The notes beneath the pieces were generated by a model, which saw only the letters and a program-made list of their open reading frames with translations, was not told the DNA's origin and made no database searches. Shown here piece after piece: positions 48,589 through 61,792 of a DNA stretch of 64,000 bases; positions within the stretch are counted from its first letter, which is position 1; every line of letters starts with the position of its first letter. Made by a program: the position numbers and the translations under genes. The stretch spans positions 2,914,001 through 2,978,000 of the forward strand of contig NC_092671.1 of NCBI RefSeq assembly GCF_964355755.1, read 5' to 3'. The DNA is from Antedon mediterranea. Lineage: Eukaryota; Animalia; Echinodermata.

Positions 48589-50180
48589 CTAAAAACAATA
48601 TTTGTGAAGTGAAATTCTATACAGTAGAACCCCTATTGGGGGGGGGGGGTTAACACCTTCGGAACCCAACAGAGCATGGGTGTCGCCTGAATAGGGGTTG
48701 GCCGTGAGTTAAAATAAGGCTCGGTCACCGTACCACACCAAAAATGTGTACTATACGAAAATATCGGTATAGTACAGAACATCAGATGAGGTCACACTAT
48801 AGAGCGATATTGCAGCCTAAAAATACAGTGTCTGTCAACATAATGGCGTTACTCCTTATTATTTCACGATAAAGTATAGAAGTTTCCCTTGAATAAAGGT
48901 ATCATGGAGAGAGGGGAGGTTGGCATGGCTAATTATCAAAATCACAACATATTCTTCAAAATGAGTATCACAACTTTTGGCCGGTTATTAAAATCGAATA
49001 AGTAGACTAATTATTCCTCACAATTAAAAGACTGTTTTGTCATAACCTATGATCGATTGTCCATGCGCGTGATCAAATTATGATGGCTTTTACGCGGTCA
49101 TTAACCGTATTAATTCAGGAACGATGCGAGTTAAATATAGACTTATCAAATTCATTGTCGCGTCAGTCAATATAATATTAACAGTCTATCATCAACAAGT
49201 AAAGATATCAGGTTTTTACAGTCATGAAAAGTTGTTTACCTTTGCCAGATAATGTTTTCATTAATTAGAATAAGTTACTACTGTGCCAAAGGTCCCATAA
49301 TTCATCAAGATTCCGCGAACTGTATCGGTTTGAAATAGTAGATTTTATCTCACTTAACACAATTTCTGTAATTGTCCGTAAAACCGCCCCGATGCGCGCT
49401 CAAATAGGGAAACTACATTTTCACGACACTCAACTCAATTGCGTAGCTGTCGAGTAAAAATAGTTCTGCATATTCATTACTCCGAGCGTGCGCAGAATAA
49501 CTGTTTACTCTGAAAAGCGCGTAATCGAGTGGTACATTCGTACGCGCGCGTCGATCTTGTGATGCTTCCTCATTTAAGCAGACGATAATATGGTTGTTAA
49601 TAATGAACTATGAATGAACTATTATGCATTCGCGTTTCTCTAAACACATCATCAATAGACTTATTTATTGTAAACCACAACTTTCAATCAATTACAATGA
49701 CCAAATTGTGAATTTTTAAAAGTACATTTCGTAATCACATCCATCCAGTTTTACGGATTATGCGTTGTGCTTTGATCATTACCGTTATACAAGCTAATGT
49801 AATTTAATATAATGACATTCTGCAACACCACCAAGGCGTCTTATAATACATTATACCGAATTACCTTCCGGTTGGTTCTGCTATTATTGTAGAAGTAGCC
49901 CGGAGGTAATATGGATTTAAAATTGCAAAAATTTAAATTAACAGAGTAATAATTTGTTAATGCATGTTTATAATAGCCTAGTATAATTCAAAGCAAATAT
50001 AGTGATTCTGTTGGTAAGTTTTGCAATCACTTTACAATACCGTACAGTACAGTACAATTAAAAGTGTAGATTTACGTTTTTAAACTGTCGGCGCCGCTGA
50101 TGCAACGCGTTACCAGAAAATCTGTTGGAAAACGTGTTTGTCTCATGTTTGAACGCGTTTCAAACCGAATTTATCATTAA

Positions 50181-50605
50181 AGATGTATTGTCCCTTTGTG
50201 AAATTCCAGAAAAAATAAAAATAAAAAGATTTCGAAAAAAGTGGGTCATTTTGAAGTATCATAATAGTTATTAACTTTCACAAAAAATTAGTCGGAAAAA
50301 AAAAATCATTTAACTGAAATACAGACGATCTGTGTAAAAACACCTTCTCAACCGTGACGAGTTGTAAACAATCCTAATTAGCATCATGCATAATGTATAC
50401 TCATGGTCTTTGTTTACTTTTGCTCGCGACTATTTTCCAGACGAAATGTAATCAAATTAATTTAGCTGTTAATTACGTAAAATTGTTGTTTTTGGCTCGA
50501 CTTTTCGACTTAAAGTGAATAACTTTAATATTATTTTGATATGGCCAATACAAATTTAGTATATTTTGACTTTAATTTTTTTGTGTTTTAAGGGACAATA
50601 CATCT
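50181..50605. mobile_element. Kolobok-type MITE
   Basis: Perfect 15-bp TIR AGATGTATTGTCCCT with TTAA on both sides. Confidence 0.85.
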
Positions 50606-51469
50606 TTAAAGTATTCCATCTCACACATTATTTAAATGAATTGGTAAACGCGTTTATTTTGACCTCAAAAATAAGATTCACACTGTGTTCTTGGTGGGTG
50701 ATTTATTGTAATCAAATAAAAAGACATTCATAGCATTGAACTACACAATAGAATATACCTACCAGCATTTACAATTCAAGCGACTACAAGAAAGTGAATA
50801 TTAGCTGCTAAACCTGGTTCTTCTCACAACAATACGATATCATTTCGTTGTGAGTACTTTTTTACCCACATAAGCTTGGTTCTAACTAGGACGAAGTGAT
50901 TTGACCAATCACAATCGTTGGATTATTCGAAGTGTCGCTTGTGATTGGTCTACGCCCTTGCATTGAGTCATTGTGAGAACCAAGCATGTCAAGTGACACC
51001 CGCCTGATAGCAAGTAAGAACCAAGATTGTGTACACTGCTATTAAAGTGTAGAATTTTTTCGGTATTATCACTTAATGTTACATAAATCACAAATAAAAA
51101 AAGTACTATGGAAAAATCAATTATGTCAAATCATGAAAAAATAACCTCTCTCTAAAAACGGAGGAACACTAATAGATGTACATTATTGAAATAAAATTGT
51201 TTATAAAATAAAACATATACTGTACATTATATCTGTGATATAACCAATTTATTCTTGGTATGATACTTACACAATTTAAGGATTATCCTACCCCTCCTCG
51301 TTCTCCTCTTAAAATGGCCAATAATTACTTGGTATTAATATTACCTCCTATACTGTATCATGATACAATTATTATTATTATTTGCTCTTATACTGTATAA
51401 TAATTATAATTATGAATACAATGTTCTTGTAAGTATATATTTTAGCTTCAGTCAGTGTCAACATACATT

Positions 51470-51670
51470 GTACGCGCATAAAGATTGTCAGTGATTACAC
51501 GGGCGCGTACAAACAAGATCATCATTAATTGCACACGCGTGTAAAATAGAAGTAATCGTGATTGTACGTGCGCGTCCAAACAAGAGTATCGGTGATTACA
51601 CGCGCGCGTCCAAACAAGAGTATCTGTGATTACACGCGCGTACAAACAAGATTATCATTGATTGTACGCT
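51470..51670 (+). repeat. Minisatellite, about 32-34-bp unit, about 6 copies
   Basis: Repeated GTGATTACACGCGCGCGTCCAAACAAGAGTATC variants. Confidence 0.8.
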
Positions 51671-52281
51671 AGCGTAACACTGTGTTGTTTCAGATATAAA
51701 ATTAGAACTTGTAGCCTTTTAGATATCGGTTTATTATTTCTGGAGAGTAATATATCACAAACCAGTTACCAACTATAAACACACAAACATTACTCTTGTT
51801 TACGAGAACATGAATAAGTTTATAATATCAAGCAAAAAAGTATAGCTAAAGAAAAATAAACAGTGACGTTTAGTGTGCTTGTCTACGCATAAATAATTCT
51901 ACTTTTAATCATACATATCCATATCACTACGTCGTACGCAAAACAGTATGTTTCCACATGTGCGCAGAATATATGATATTTTAAACATAATCTGGTATAG
52001 ATACATATTCTGGTATAGATACATATTTTTATCCTGACTAACCAATAGATAAATCGAAATGTATTTGTAATCATTGGTAAACTAACAATTAAAGAAGACT
52101 TTTTAGGGAAACTTCGTTACTATAAAGATAAAGTTTAGTTTAATAACTAGCGAACCAGTCCATTATGTAATGAAATCATGTATCTTGCGTCAAATAATTA
52201 TTCATAGTCTTAACAAATCCTATCTCTACTCTTTTTATGTAAAATATATAATTATAAGAAAAATATTGATTGAATACAATA

Positions 52282-52424
52282 CAGTAGAACACCTCCTTCT
52301 TTGGAGGGGGGGGGGGGATATAAATGAGGAAGTCCTTGCATTAGATTTGGCCATAGTGTTAACACACACATATTGCCTCCAATTCATTGTAAGATAAAGT
52401 GTCTCCTCAATAGAAGTTCTACTG
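52282..52424. mobile_element. Tc1/pogo-like MITE
   Basis: TA|CAGTAGAAC...GTTCTACTG|TA. Confidence 0.7.
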
Positions 52425-53759
52425 TATCAACTGGAAATATTGGTCGTCACAACTAAATAGTTGGAAGTCCTTCAAACTTGGTCTTTTCAAATTTTTTCTT
52501 CTTTATTTCTCCACTCTTCAAACTTGTTTTTCCTCTCTTCTAAAATCCATCTTCATTTCAACAATGCGACTTAATTGGTTTACAAACTATTTTTCTTCAT
52601 ATAAATCATTGTCAACAATTTTTAAATTTGGTTTTATTGAAGATATTTGGAATAAATGTCCATTATTTAGTATGTTAATAAGAATGTTTTGATTTGAGAG
52701 AAAGTTTTTCAAATTAAGAAAAACGGGGCCAGATTTACCAAACTTGCTTAGAAAAAAATCATCTTAACTTTGTTTTAAGTCAATGATTTTGAAGATCACA
52801 ATGTCCATTGCAAAAGCACTTAAATATCTTCGACTTAAGCAAAAATGTTATCCAAGCACTTCAACACCATACTTACATTTATTTTAATACAAATATTAAG
52901 TTATCAAATTAATTTTGTACATGATTAAATTTTACCCAACAAATAACCTAAATACAAATATTTAATTGAAAATATGCAATTTGATGAAAATATGCAATTA
53001 AATTTAATTAAATAATTTAATTAAAGTTGATTGTACATGTAAATTAATTTCCATTAATAAGTTATACACAACTATTTGATTCTTTATAATTCTGAGCTTG
53101 ATCAAAACTGAAACTCTTTGAAAAAGTGTAAACTAATATTTTAAGTGAGTTATTCAGAATAAACTGGTCAAATACAAAGCATAACAAATACTTTACTTCT
53201 ATCCATATTCTGCTCATAAATGATAAAGTGTTCTTTAAAAACAAGATTTAAAAATTCCAGTTATAGTTAGTACTCATAAAAAATGAGCATGGTTAAAAAC
53301 GATTAAAATCCAGTTAAAATTTTTTAATTTGCACGATCTCAACTTAAAAAATAAAACCATATATTTTAATTCAAACAATGACATATATTTGTCCTAATTT
53401 AGGTACATTCTGTATTTGTTCATTTTATTTTGAATATTGAGTTGTTTTAAAAATACATTTATGGTTTATATACATTCTGATATTAACTCTCCCAAAACTG
53501 ACTTAACTTTTAAGAAAGTGCAATTCATTCTTACCTTAAAAACCAGTCTGGCATAAAGGTGTCTGATTTGAGAGAGTTTACTCATTTAAGATTTCAGAAT
53601 GTTATCGTGCAACAACGTGAGAAGCTACGTGAATATTATACAGTTCAATCAAGTATATATTTCAGACTTACATGCGTAGGAATACAATGATTTTAGTCAC
53701 TTCAGATCTAAACTAGTTTAACTACAAGATGTTGTGAGAAGCTGTCTTGCTGGTTCCTT

Positions 53760-53901
53760 TTACAGCTCAAACCCTCTCAACAGTTCCTCCATGACTTCCA
53801 TTGGTACATCCGGTATGAAGCCTTGTATAGGATCCGTGTAGTCATCCAGGGTCACGGAACTAAAGTCAAAGTCTTCATCGAGGAAGTCATAGTCGGCAAT
53901 A
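53760..53901 (-). CDS. STAT: STAT5-like gene, terminal coding exon (acidic transactivation tail)
   Basis: Phase 2. IADYDFLDEDFDFSSVTLDDYTDPIQGFIPDVPMEVMEELLRGFEL-stop; DFDF and EELLR recall the STAT5 C-terminus. TTTTCAAG acceptor. Confidence 0.85.
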
Positions 53902-54533
53902 CTTGAAAATACAGATGGGAAGAGGAGGGGAAAATAAGACCTTCAGCTCATCAACTGTCAAAGTAAGGGGAAATGAAAATAGAGGTAGGAAAAATGTCCT
54001 CATTATCATGGTTATATCAATGTATGGTTATGGACGACAAAAATCGGTTGGGCGAGGAAGGAGGGGGGCAAATCGGACTGTCTATTGCTTGGTATCACAT
54101 GACTTATTTCTACCCAATCACAATCTTGCTTACAGATAACAATTATTCATAAAAGTTCCCGATATCATTAAACATAAAAAAAAAAATACATAAACAAAAT
54201 ATTATGTTGATGTATGTTGATGTATAATGTTGTAACTTGTGTTTTATTTTTTAGGACAATCACACAACAACCTATTGATTTGCATTGATTTTGTTTGAAA
54301 ATAAAATTATAGTTTATACTGTATTGTATAACACACTTGTTTTAGGAAAATATAACTAACCCAAAAAAATGTAAATGAATTTAAATAGTTTTCTGTCCTA
54401 CTTCTTGTGTACAGTATCAACTATGCCCGACATGGCGTGTATTCATTACAGAAAATGATATCTCTATTTGATCTTTGTAAATATACAATATAATAATAGT
54501 CGTAGGAGAGCCGACGCCTTTGCACTTCATCTC

Positions 54534-55392
54534 TTCCTAAATCATGCTGCCAATATCCGAGCCAATCGCGACGGGACACCCTCTAGTTCTCTCAAAGTGT
54601 TTAGCATTATCATTATTATCTATTGAGTTTCTGTTTCTGGAGAAAAAACTAATTTGATAAACAACAATAAGCAGCATTTGTAAGTGACTTCACCTCAGCG
54701 TTCCTAAATCATGCAACCAATATCCGAGCCAACCACACCAGGACACCTTCTAGTACTCTCAAAGTGTTTAGCGTTTATTATTATTTATTATGTTTCTAGC
54801 TGTTTTATTTTGAAAATAGAGAAAAAACTAATTTGATAAACAACACTAAGCAGCATTTGTAAGTGACTTTACCTCAGCGTTCCTAAATCATGCAACCAAT
54901 ATCCGAGACACCTTCTAGTTCTCTCAAAGTGTTTAGCGTTTATTATTATTTGTTAAGTTTCTAGCTGTTTTATTTTGAAAATAGAGAAAAAACTAATTTG
55001 ATAAACAACACTAAGCAGCATTTGTAAGTGACTTCACCTCAGCGTTCCTAAATCATGCAACCAATATCCGAGACGCCGGGACACCTTCTAGTTGTCTCAA
55101 AGTGTTTAGCGTTTATTATTATTTGTTAAATTTCTAGCTGGTTTATTTTGAAAATAGAGAAAAAACTAATTTGATAAACAACAATAAGCAGCATTTGTAA
55201 GTGACTTCACCTCAGAGTTCCTAAATCATGCAACCAATATCCGAGACGCCGGGACACCTTCTAGTTCTCTCAAAGTGTTTAGCGTTTATTATTATTTATT
55301 AAGTTTCTAGCTGTTTTATTTTGTAAATAGAGAAAAAACTAATTTGATAAACAACACGAAGCAGCATTTGTAAGTGACTTCACCTCAGCGTT
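54534..55392. repeat. Tandem array, five units of 165-179 bp
   Basis: Unit starts (TTCCTAAATCATGC) at 54534, 54701, 54880, 55045 and 55218. Confidence 0.95.
54537..54636 (-). CDS. Candidate alternative terminal exon of STAT
   Basis: TTTTTTCTCCAG acceptor. Open only in phase 2: NRNSIDNNDNAKHFERTRGCPVAIGSDIGSMI-stop. AATAAA on the minus strand at about 54243-54248. Confidence 0.4.
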
Positions 55393-57060
55393 AACCACAG
55401 TTCAATACAAATAAGTCTTAAAAGACGAGTAAGATATTTAAGCACACGATCTTGTTTTCATCTAAACGGTATTTATAACATCAGTTAGTATTAAACTTTA
55501 TGACGTTTAATAGTTCTGGTGAAACAGTTCTAACATTACAACAATTAGCAAATGCGGTGCCACATGTGATTTATATCCAAACATGAATATGGGTCAAAGT
55601 ATACATAAACACATTCATTTATTACATTTTGCTGGTAAATAATTAGGAGAATATAAACAAAAATGATTTGTTTTTGATCTATTGATTGATTTTTGATAAC
55701 TAATATAATAAAGAATATTCTAATTAATATACTAAAACACAATAAAATTAATAAATATTCTGAATTTGTGATTTTTACAAAAAAAAAAAAAATTAGATGT
55801 ACAAAAAAAAAATAAGTTAAATAAATATTCACATATAATAAAACAATAATTATTTGTTAAAAAATAAATAAATTGGGGAAAAAAATATCAAATATAATAC
55901 AAAACTAATTATTTGTTTAAAGAATTTGAATTTTATTTTAAAAAAAATGAAAAAATATATTTGAAAAATATATAAAAAATAAATAAAAAAATAAATAATG
56001 TTTTCATTTAAATTTTAATTTTGTTTAAAAAAATTATATTTATAGATGTTTAAGGAAAGTTGAATAAATTGTTTACTTATTTATAAAATGGAACAATAAC
56101 AATAGACATCAAATATAAAAATATAACATATGAATTAAAATCTCATTTTTGCTGTCAAATTAGAAAATCTAAAATATTGATGACAAATTCACAATTGGGT
56201 ATGTGCATTTGTGATAAGATTCAAATGAAGCTAGCCGTACAGCCTCAGGCTCATCTAGCAACCATAACTTGCTTATCTGTGTACTTAAATATGTCTACTA
56301 CACTTCAGTTAATATCAATCGTTGAATGAAAGTCTATTAAGGTAGTGACAGGTGATAGAGTGATCGCGGCGGCGGCGGCGCAGCAGTTACTTGGTAAGCA
56401 AGTTTAGACACTTACAGTGCAATGTACACAAACTAAACGTATTAATACTATCAATGCAAATACTAATAAAACATGACAATCGTATCTTCCTTATGAATAC
56501 TCAATTCTTTCTACATAATTATTTCACCGCGATTATTTATCACGAACAGAAATCGCAAAAAAAGAGATATTTATAACAACAGATGTCTTATTTTATCAAA
56601 TTATTTAAAAAAGTTAACTGATAAATTCACAAAATTTTTTTATTACAATTCAACGACAGGCTGGTATTAACAAAATCAGCAGAATATAATAAGAAAAGCT
56701 TGGGAAGAACAACAAACTCTTAAATATATTCTTTTTATCTAATTACTAAAAATTAGCGTTCGATTAAGTACATGCCCACTGGCAAGTAACAGCTACATAT
56801 TATAAAACATGATATTATTATTTACAGTACTTTAAAAAAATGTGTTGTTTTCTTTGTGAACCTGCGTCTTTTTGGTTCCAGTAATTTACCGATAAGTACG
56901 GAAGTTGGGAAAAACTTATTTACGCTCATTAAAAGCGGAATTAGACTTTAATTTTTTTACATAATTGCAAGAAATTCTGTGTTTTTTCTAAGTTTAAAAC
57001 CTGATATATAACAATGGTTTTAAACATTTAGTCAATGACATTAATTTGCTGTTTGAATAA

Positions 57061-57300
57061 AAACTTCTACTGGCCTATACCATTTCTGACAATAAAGCAA
57101 AAACTCTTACTCGCCTATACCATTTCTGACAATAAAACAAAAACTCTTACTGGCCTATACCATTTCTGACAATAAAGCAAAAACTTCTACTGGCCTACAC
57201 CATTTCTGACAATAAAACAAAAACTTCTACTGGCCTATACCATTTCTAACAATAAAACAAAAACTCTTACTGGCCTATACCATTTCTGACAATAATACCA
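57061..57300 (+). repeat. Minisatellite, 40-bp unit x6
   Basis: AAACTTCTACTGGCCTATACCATTTCTGACAATAAAGCAA variants. Confidence 0.95.
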
Positions 57301-58014
57301 AAACTCCTTGAAAAACAATGGGTTGAAATTATTGATGTGTCTTTATAATTTGTCTTTACTCTTTATCGTGTCTTTATCGTGTTTGTTTTTAATATGTTTT
57401 AAATTTCTCTTCAGTGTGCTCCAGTGATTACGTTCATGTTGGTTGGTGCGTGCCTCCCCAATTTCAAATTTTACACTTCATATATTGTGTATACAAAATT
57501 AAACGATTTATGCTTAGATTAGATTTTACTATATTATGTACAGTAATAACATCGGATTATTGAATTTAAATGGATAATTTGAAATCAAAGTTTGTTTTGG
57601 TTGAAAAAGTACAGCATGTTTGATCAATGTATTCATGTGGAATATGTCTTGAGGTATATATTCAAACTGACACAACAGTAGCACTTCATTTACATCAAAG
57701 AATAGTAAACAAATTTGTTTTTGTTTGAAATTTATCATCCTCTTTAAATGCCGAGGACAAAAAGACGATGCATCATTGCTTGAACTCAATAGGTTAATCC
57801 AAAAGTTAGCATTGCTTAATTGTATTTTTGTTCTAGCGACAATTTTTGCGCATCTTGATAAAGCGTTGAATACATGCGAGTATGTTTTTATTAAAATCAT
57901 ATTGGTGCCACTGCTTAGCCTCAAATTCTAGACATAGTGTTATGTTATCATACAAGTAAATAAACTGTGTGTATATTTAGAAGCTTTCCGTGTCAATCTG
58001 AACATACCCTGTAA

Positions 58015-58177
58015 TGCTCTGTCTATACTATCAAATTAGTTTAACAAAAAAAGTGTGATGTGCCCAAATATGGTAATAATATGCCCAAATATGGAAGTGA
58101 TATGACATCATCCTGTCCATATATGAGAACATCACATTTGTTTCTGTCGCATAACGTTTGATAGTGTAGACAGAGCT
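58015..58177. mobile_element. Harbinger-like MITE (inverted partial copy at about 62132-62275)
   Basis: TIR GCTCTGTCTA(T/C)ACTATCAAA / TTTGATAGTGTAGACAGAGC with internal GCCCAAATATGG repeats. Confidence 0.7.
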
Positions 58178-58230
58178 GAAGACTATCATGTCCGTAAGAT
58201 TATGATCGTAATGACTTTAGAATATCTTAC

Positions 58231-58377
58231 CCATCGTTCATCATGGGTTCTTGCATATTGCTAATGCCTATGTCACCTTGTATACTACAAACGGACGGCG
58301 GACACGATGAAGGAGACTGCGGGTCATATTGCGGTGTGTACGACCCGGGAGTTGATGGGTTGTCGGGGCAGTTTGTC
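58231..58377 (-). CDS. STAT: STAT5-like gene, Ser/Pro-rich exon
   Basis: 147 bp, TTTATAG / GTAAGA, phase 2-2. TNCPDNPSTPGSYTPQYDPQSPSSCPPSVCS...MMNDG with PxS/TP motifs. Confidence 0.85.
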
Positions 58378-58765
58378 CTATAAAGAAAAAATAATATTTA
58401 GGTTTATAGTTACTTTTCATTGTTAAATGATCAGTAAATCAGATTTAAAAACTAAATTCCAATTGTTTAACCTTGTACGGTTTGTGAAGTAAAGTAAGCA
58501 AGTAAAATTGAGAAAAGTTGTTACACCAAACCACGCCAATGATGGTCTAGGATGTCAGCATATCAAGCAGAAGATTCTGGGTTCGATTCTCAGTTGAGGT
58601 TTTTCTCATTCTCACAAATTTTCTTCTTCTTAAGTAATTAATTTACAGTATATAACAGGGTAATTCAGAAACCAAAAGTATTGAATCAGCCAAAGATGAT
58701 CCGTGAGAGCTACCTGAAATGTTATTAGGTTATTAAAATTGTTATATAAAAATTGTCAAACTTAC

Positions 58766-58835
58766 ACAGGAATTTGAGGAATTCGACTAACGAGAACCGA
58801 TCCCACATAGCCATTATTAGAGGGAAGTGGTTGAT
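58766..58835 (-). CDS. STAT: STAT5-like gene, phosphotyrosine exon
   Basis: 70 bp, TTTCAG / GTAAGT, phase 1 to 2. DQPLPSNNGYVGSVLVSRIPQIP contains the GYV activation motif. Confidence 0.9.
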
Positions 58836-60161
58836 CTGAAACAAACAAAAACGTATAAATAAAAAAAATATAAATATATAAATATTCATCAAAAATACTG
58901 TTATTTAAAAGTGGTTTGAGGTTAAACATCACGATTTTGAATGTGTTTGCTGAATAATGTTTGTATTGAGCGCCATCGGCAATGCTTAAGCTTATCTCAG
59001 TCTAATCAAAGAATACATTAAAGTCAGGATGTGCACATGACGAAAATAAAAAATATACAATCTACCACAAGGAGATAAAAAAAGAAGATAATTGATCTAT
59101 AGCGTTACAGCTTAGAATTTGTCGTTGAGAGGAGCAGTAAAGTTGCAAAAGTACATTTGGAATATCAGAATATTAAATGCATTGCTGATGGCAATGGTTT
59201 AATGGTATCAAATATATAGATTTGTAATATGATAATTACATGCAACTGTTTCTGTAAAAGCATATAGTGATACCATAAAATTTCAAGTATGTTTCATTCC
59301 CCTTTAAAAAATTGGGGTAGAAATAGCCTTTTTAATTAATTATTATTACAATTTAATGGCCTTTTATTTTTGTGATACAGCTATTGAGTCGAAATGTCAT
59401 TCTGCACACTGTCATATGAGCACATTTTTCGAAAATGACACAGGGCCTTTATGTAGTGGAATGATTAAGTCTACCACAGTAAGTAAAGCAGCTGGGTTAT
59501 TAAACCTATTAAATTTTGCTTGTACATGGCAATATTTTTTATTACAATCTTTTTTTTTCTTTTCTTAAAACAGCTTTATACCAACTATCCCCGCATTATG
59601 CTAATTTTTTATCCAATCAAAAAGTAGAACATAAAACTTCTATAAAAAAACACTAAACGAACAGTTTAAGATCCCGCTGAAGTGACTGTCAGTATTTTGT
59701 ATTCTGGGACGAAGGTATTAAGAGATAGACTTGTCAAACTGGGCTGAATATGATGGATAATTTTGATTGTACATCGCGGATGTGTTTTGGTGTTATTACA
59801 TGAATTAACAGGCACTTGCATCACAGATATGAATATTAAGGCACCCGCCGCCATGAAATATTCATTAAATGCACAATCACACAAAGAAAAAAACAGGATC
59901 ATTCATCACTGTCAGTGGCTTATGATGTGTAAATTATAGAAAGCCCTACTCAATGTTTTCCTCGAAGGGAACACAAAGTATTATATTGTCCTTAACAGTC
60001 AATCTTTCAAGTCATAAAATATTTTCCTATTGAACTTATATAGATATTCATAATTTGTTTTATGTAACACCTACTGTTGTAATGTAAACTTTAATTCAAC
60101 TAATCGGCTCCGTAAGTCAAAGACTAGGTGGGAGGCGAGGCCATTAAAAAAGGCAGACTTA

Positions 60162-60462
60162 AGCTGCTTTCATATTGCACCCGAATTCGGTCCGGTGCCC
60201 CGAGAAAAATGGGTTGTAAAGAATAGGAGGAACTTTCACATTAAATTTGTACGATCTGAATCCGTACCCGATTCGGGTTCCGAATTCATAGCGATGGATA
60301 AAGAAGCCATTTGTTTTCTGAAATCAAGCAATTTTTTTTCGTTTGTCCAATCAGCAGTGAGAATGAACAACCCTGTTTGACAAAGGATAACCAAATTCAT
60401 GCTCAATGTGAAAGAACATAATATACTTGTGATTTTTTTCCAGAAGCGATGTGAAAGTAGCT
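60162..60462. mobile_element. Harbinger-like MITE
   Basis: TTA|AGCTGCTTTCATATTGC...GCGATGTGAAAGTAGCT|TTA. Confidence 0.65.
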
Positions 60463-60566
60463 TTACTTTGATTTTAGAAGTGGAGATAAACAGCGAATAC
60501 TAAGGTTGCGGATCTTTCACTGGCTTCGTATTTCCCAAAGTGCAATAGTTCCAAAATATTAAATAT

Positions 60567-60798
60567 CCCAATTAAATATACCTGAAATATTCCTTCTATT
60601 CTACTAATACTGAAGAGTACAAATGGCAAGAATGCACTCATGTGTGATTTTTTTTTAACACTATCAATCTCTTTTTTTTCCCAATTAAATATACCTACCT
60701 GAAATATTCCTTCTATTCTACTAATACTGAAGAGTACAAATCAAAAGAATGCACTCATGTGTGATTTTTTTTTAACACTATCAATCTCTTTTTTTTCC
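60567..60798 (+). repeat. Near-perfect tandem duplication (about 115 bp)
   Basis: TCCCAATTAAATATACC...CTGAAGAGTACAAAT...CACTATCAATCTCTTTTTTTTCC occurs twice. Confidence 0.9.
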
Positions 60799-61636
60799 TA
60801 ACTAAAGCCGAAGTATAGTCGTTATCTCGGGACCGTTCTATGGTTACCACCAGGTAGGCTTGCTTCATTAAGGCTTCTATGAATGGATGTACTTGTTGGG
60901 AGCAGGAACGCTAGTAGACCAAACCCAGTACCGTTTTGATTACGATCAATCGTAGCTCCTTCCAAATAGTACTATCAAGTAAGCTTATTAACTGTTCAAA
61001 AGGTTGTGTATCAGGAAACAAACACAAGGTCGGTAGTTCAACTTTTGACCATTCAATTGTATCTTGGGGCTAGACACTTTATTAAAGACGTCACTTATTG
61101 AAACATTATGGAATACTCCCTCTAGGAGGTGTTTGAAAATAATAAACACCTAAAATTGTGGCAAGATTTAAATGACCTTAATAAAACAGAGTGATAATTA
61201 AATTGTATTAAAAAAGATACTACTTTGAGTAAAAAGAATGTAGTTCTCTCTGAATGGCCTATTGAGGTACTGTAGTATTAATGAATTATTCTTTGCTTTA
61301 TATAATGTGGATAAGAATTACTAAAAGGGACCAACATTTTTAGATAGCCGCATTTAAAATCAATGTATGAGAGATTTTCAACACATTTCAAATGCATAAT
61401 ATAATTTTTCTCTCATTATTAGAACAGAATCAACATAAAAGAGATTTTTTCTCAAATGCCTAAAATGTCATTTTTCTGTCATCATGGGAACAAAATCAAC
61501 GTATGAGAGATTTCTACCATTTCATCATCGGGGCAACCTGCTCAAACAAAAACTTATAGAATAGAAAAATATGGAAAACAAAATAAAAAAAGCGATGTTT
61601 TTTTATGCGAATCACTTGAAAATTTAAGTTACTTAC

Positions 61637-61792
61637 CGGACATTGGCGTATAATACGATCTAAAAGCGTTATCTTTTGGAATATCTGGGTACAGGTAGAT
61701 TAGATGAGGGAGGTCTTGGATGCGGTCAGCGAGGGATCTGATATTAAAATCTTCACCAGTAAAGGGCTGTAAGTTCCACACTTGACTTGTAC
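61637..61792 (-). CDS. STAT: STAT5-like gene, SH2-domain C-terminal exon (upstream exons lie beyond the window)
   Basis: 156 bp, TTTGCAG / GTAAGT, phase 1-1. [46 protein letters not shown] is the STAT5-type SH2 end. Confidence 0.95.

Noticed and set aside
57061-57300. CRISPR-like array
   Set aside because: Contiguous 40-bp tandem units with no unique spacers, inside a eukaryotic intron. The same applies to 51470-51670 and 54534-55392.
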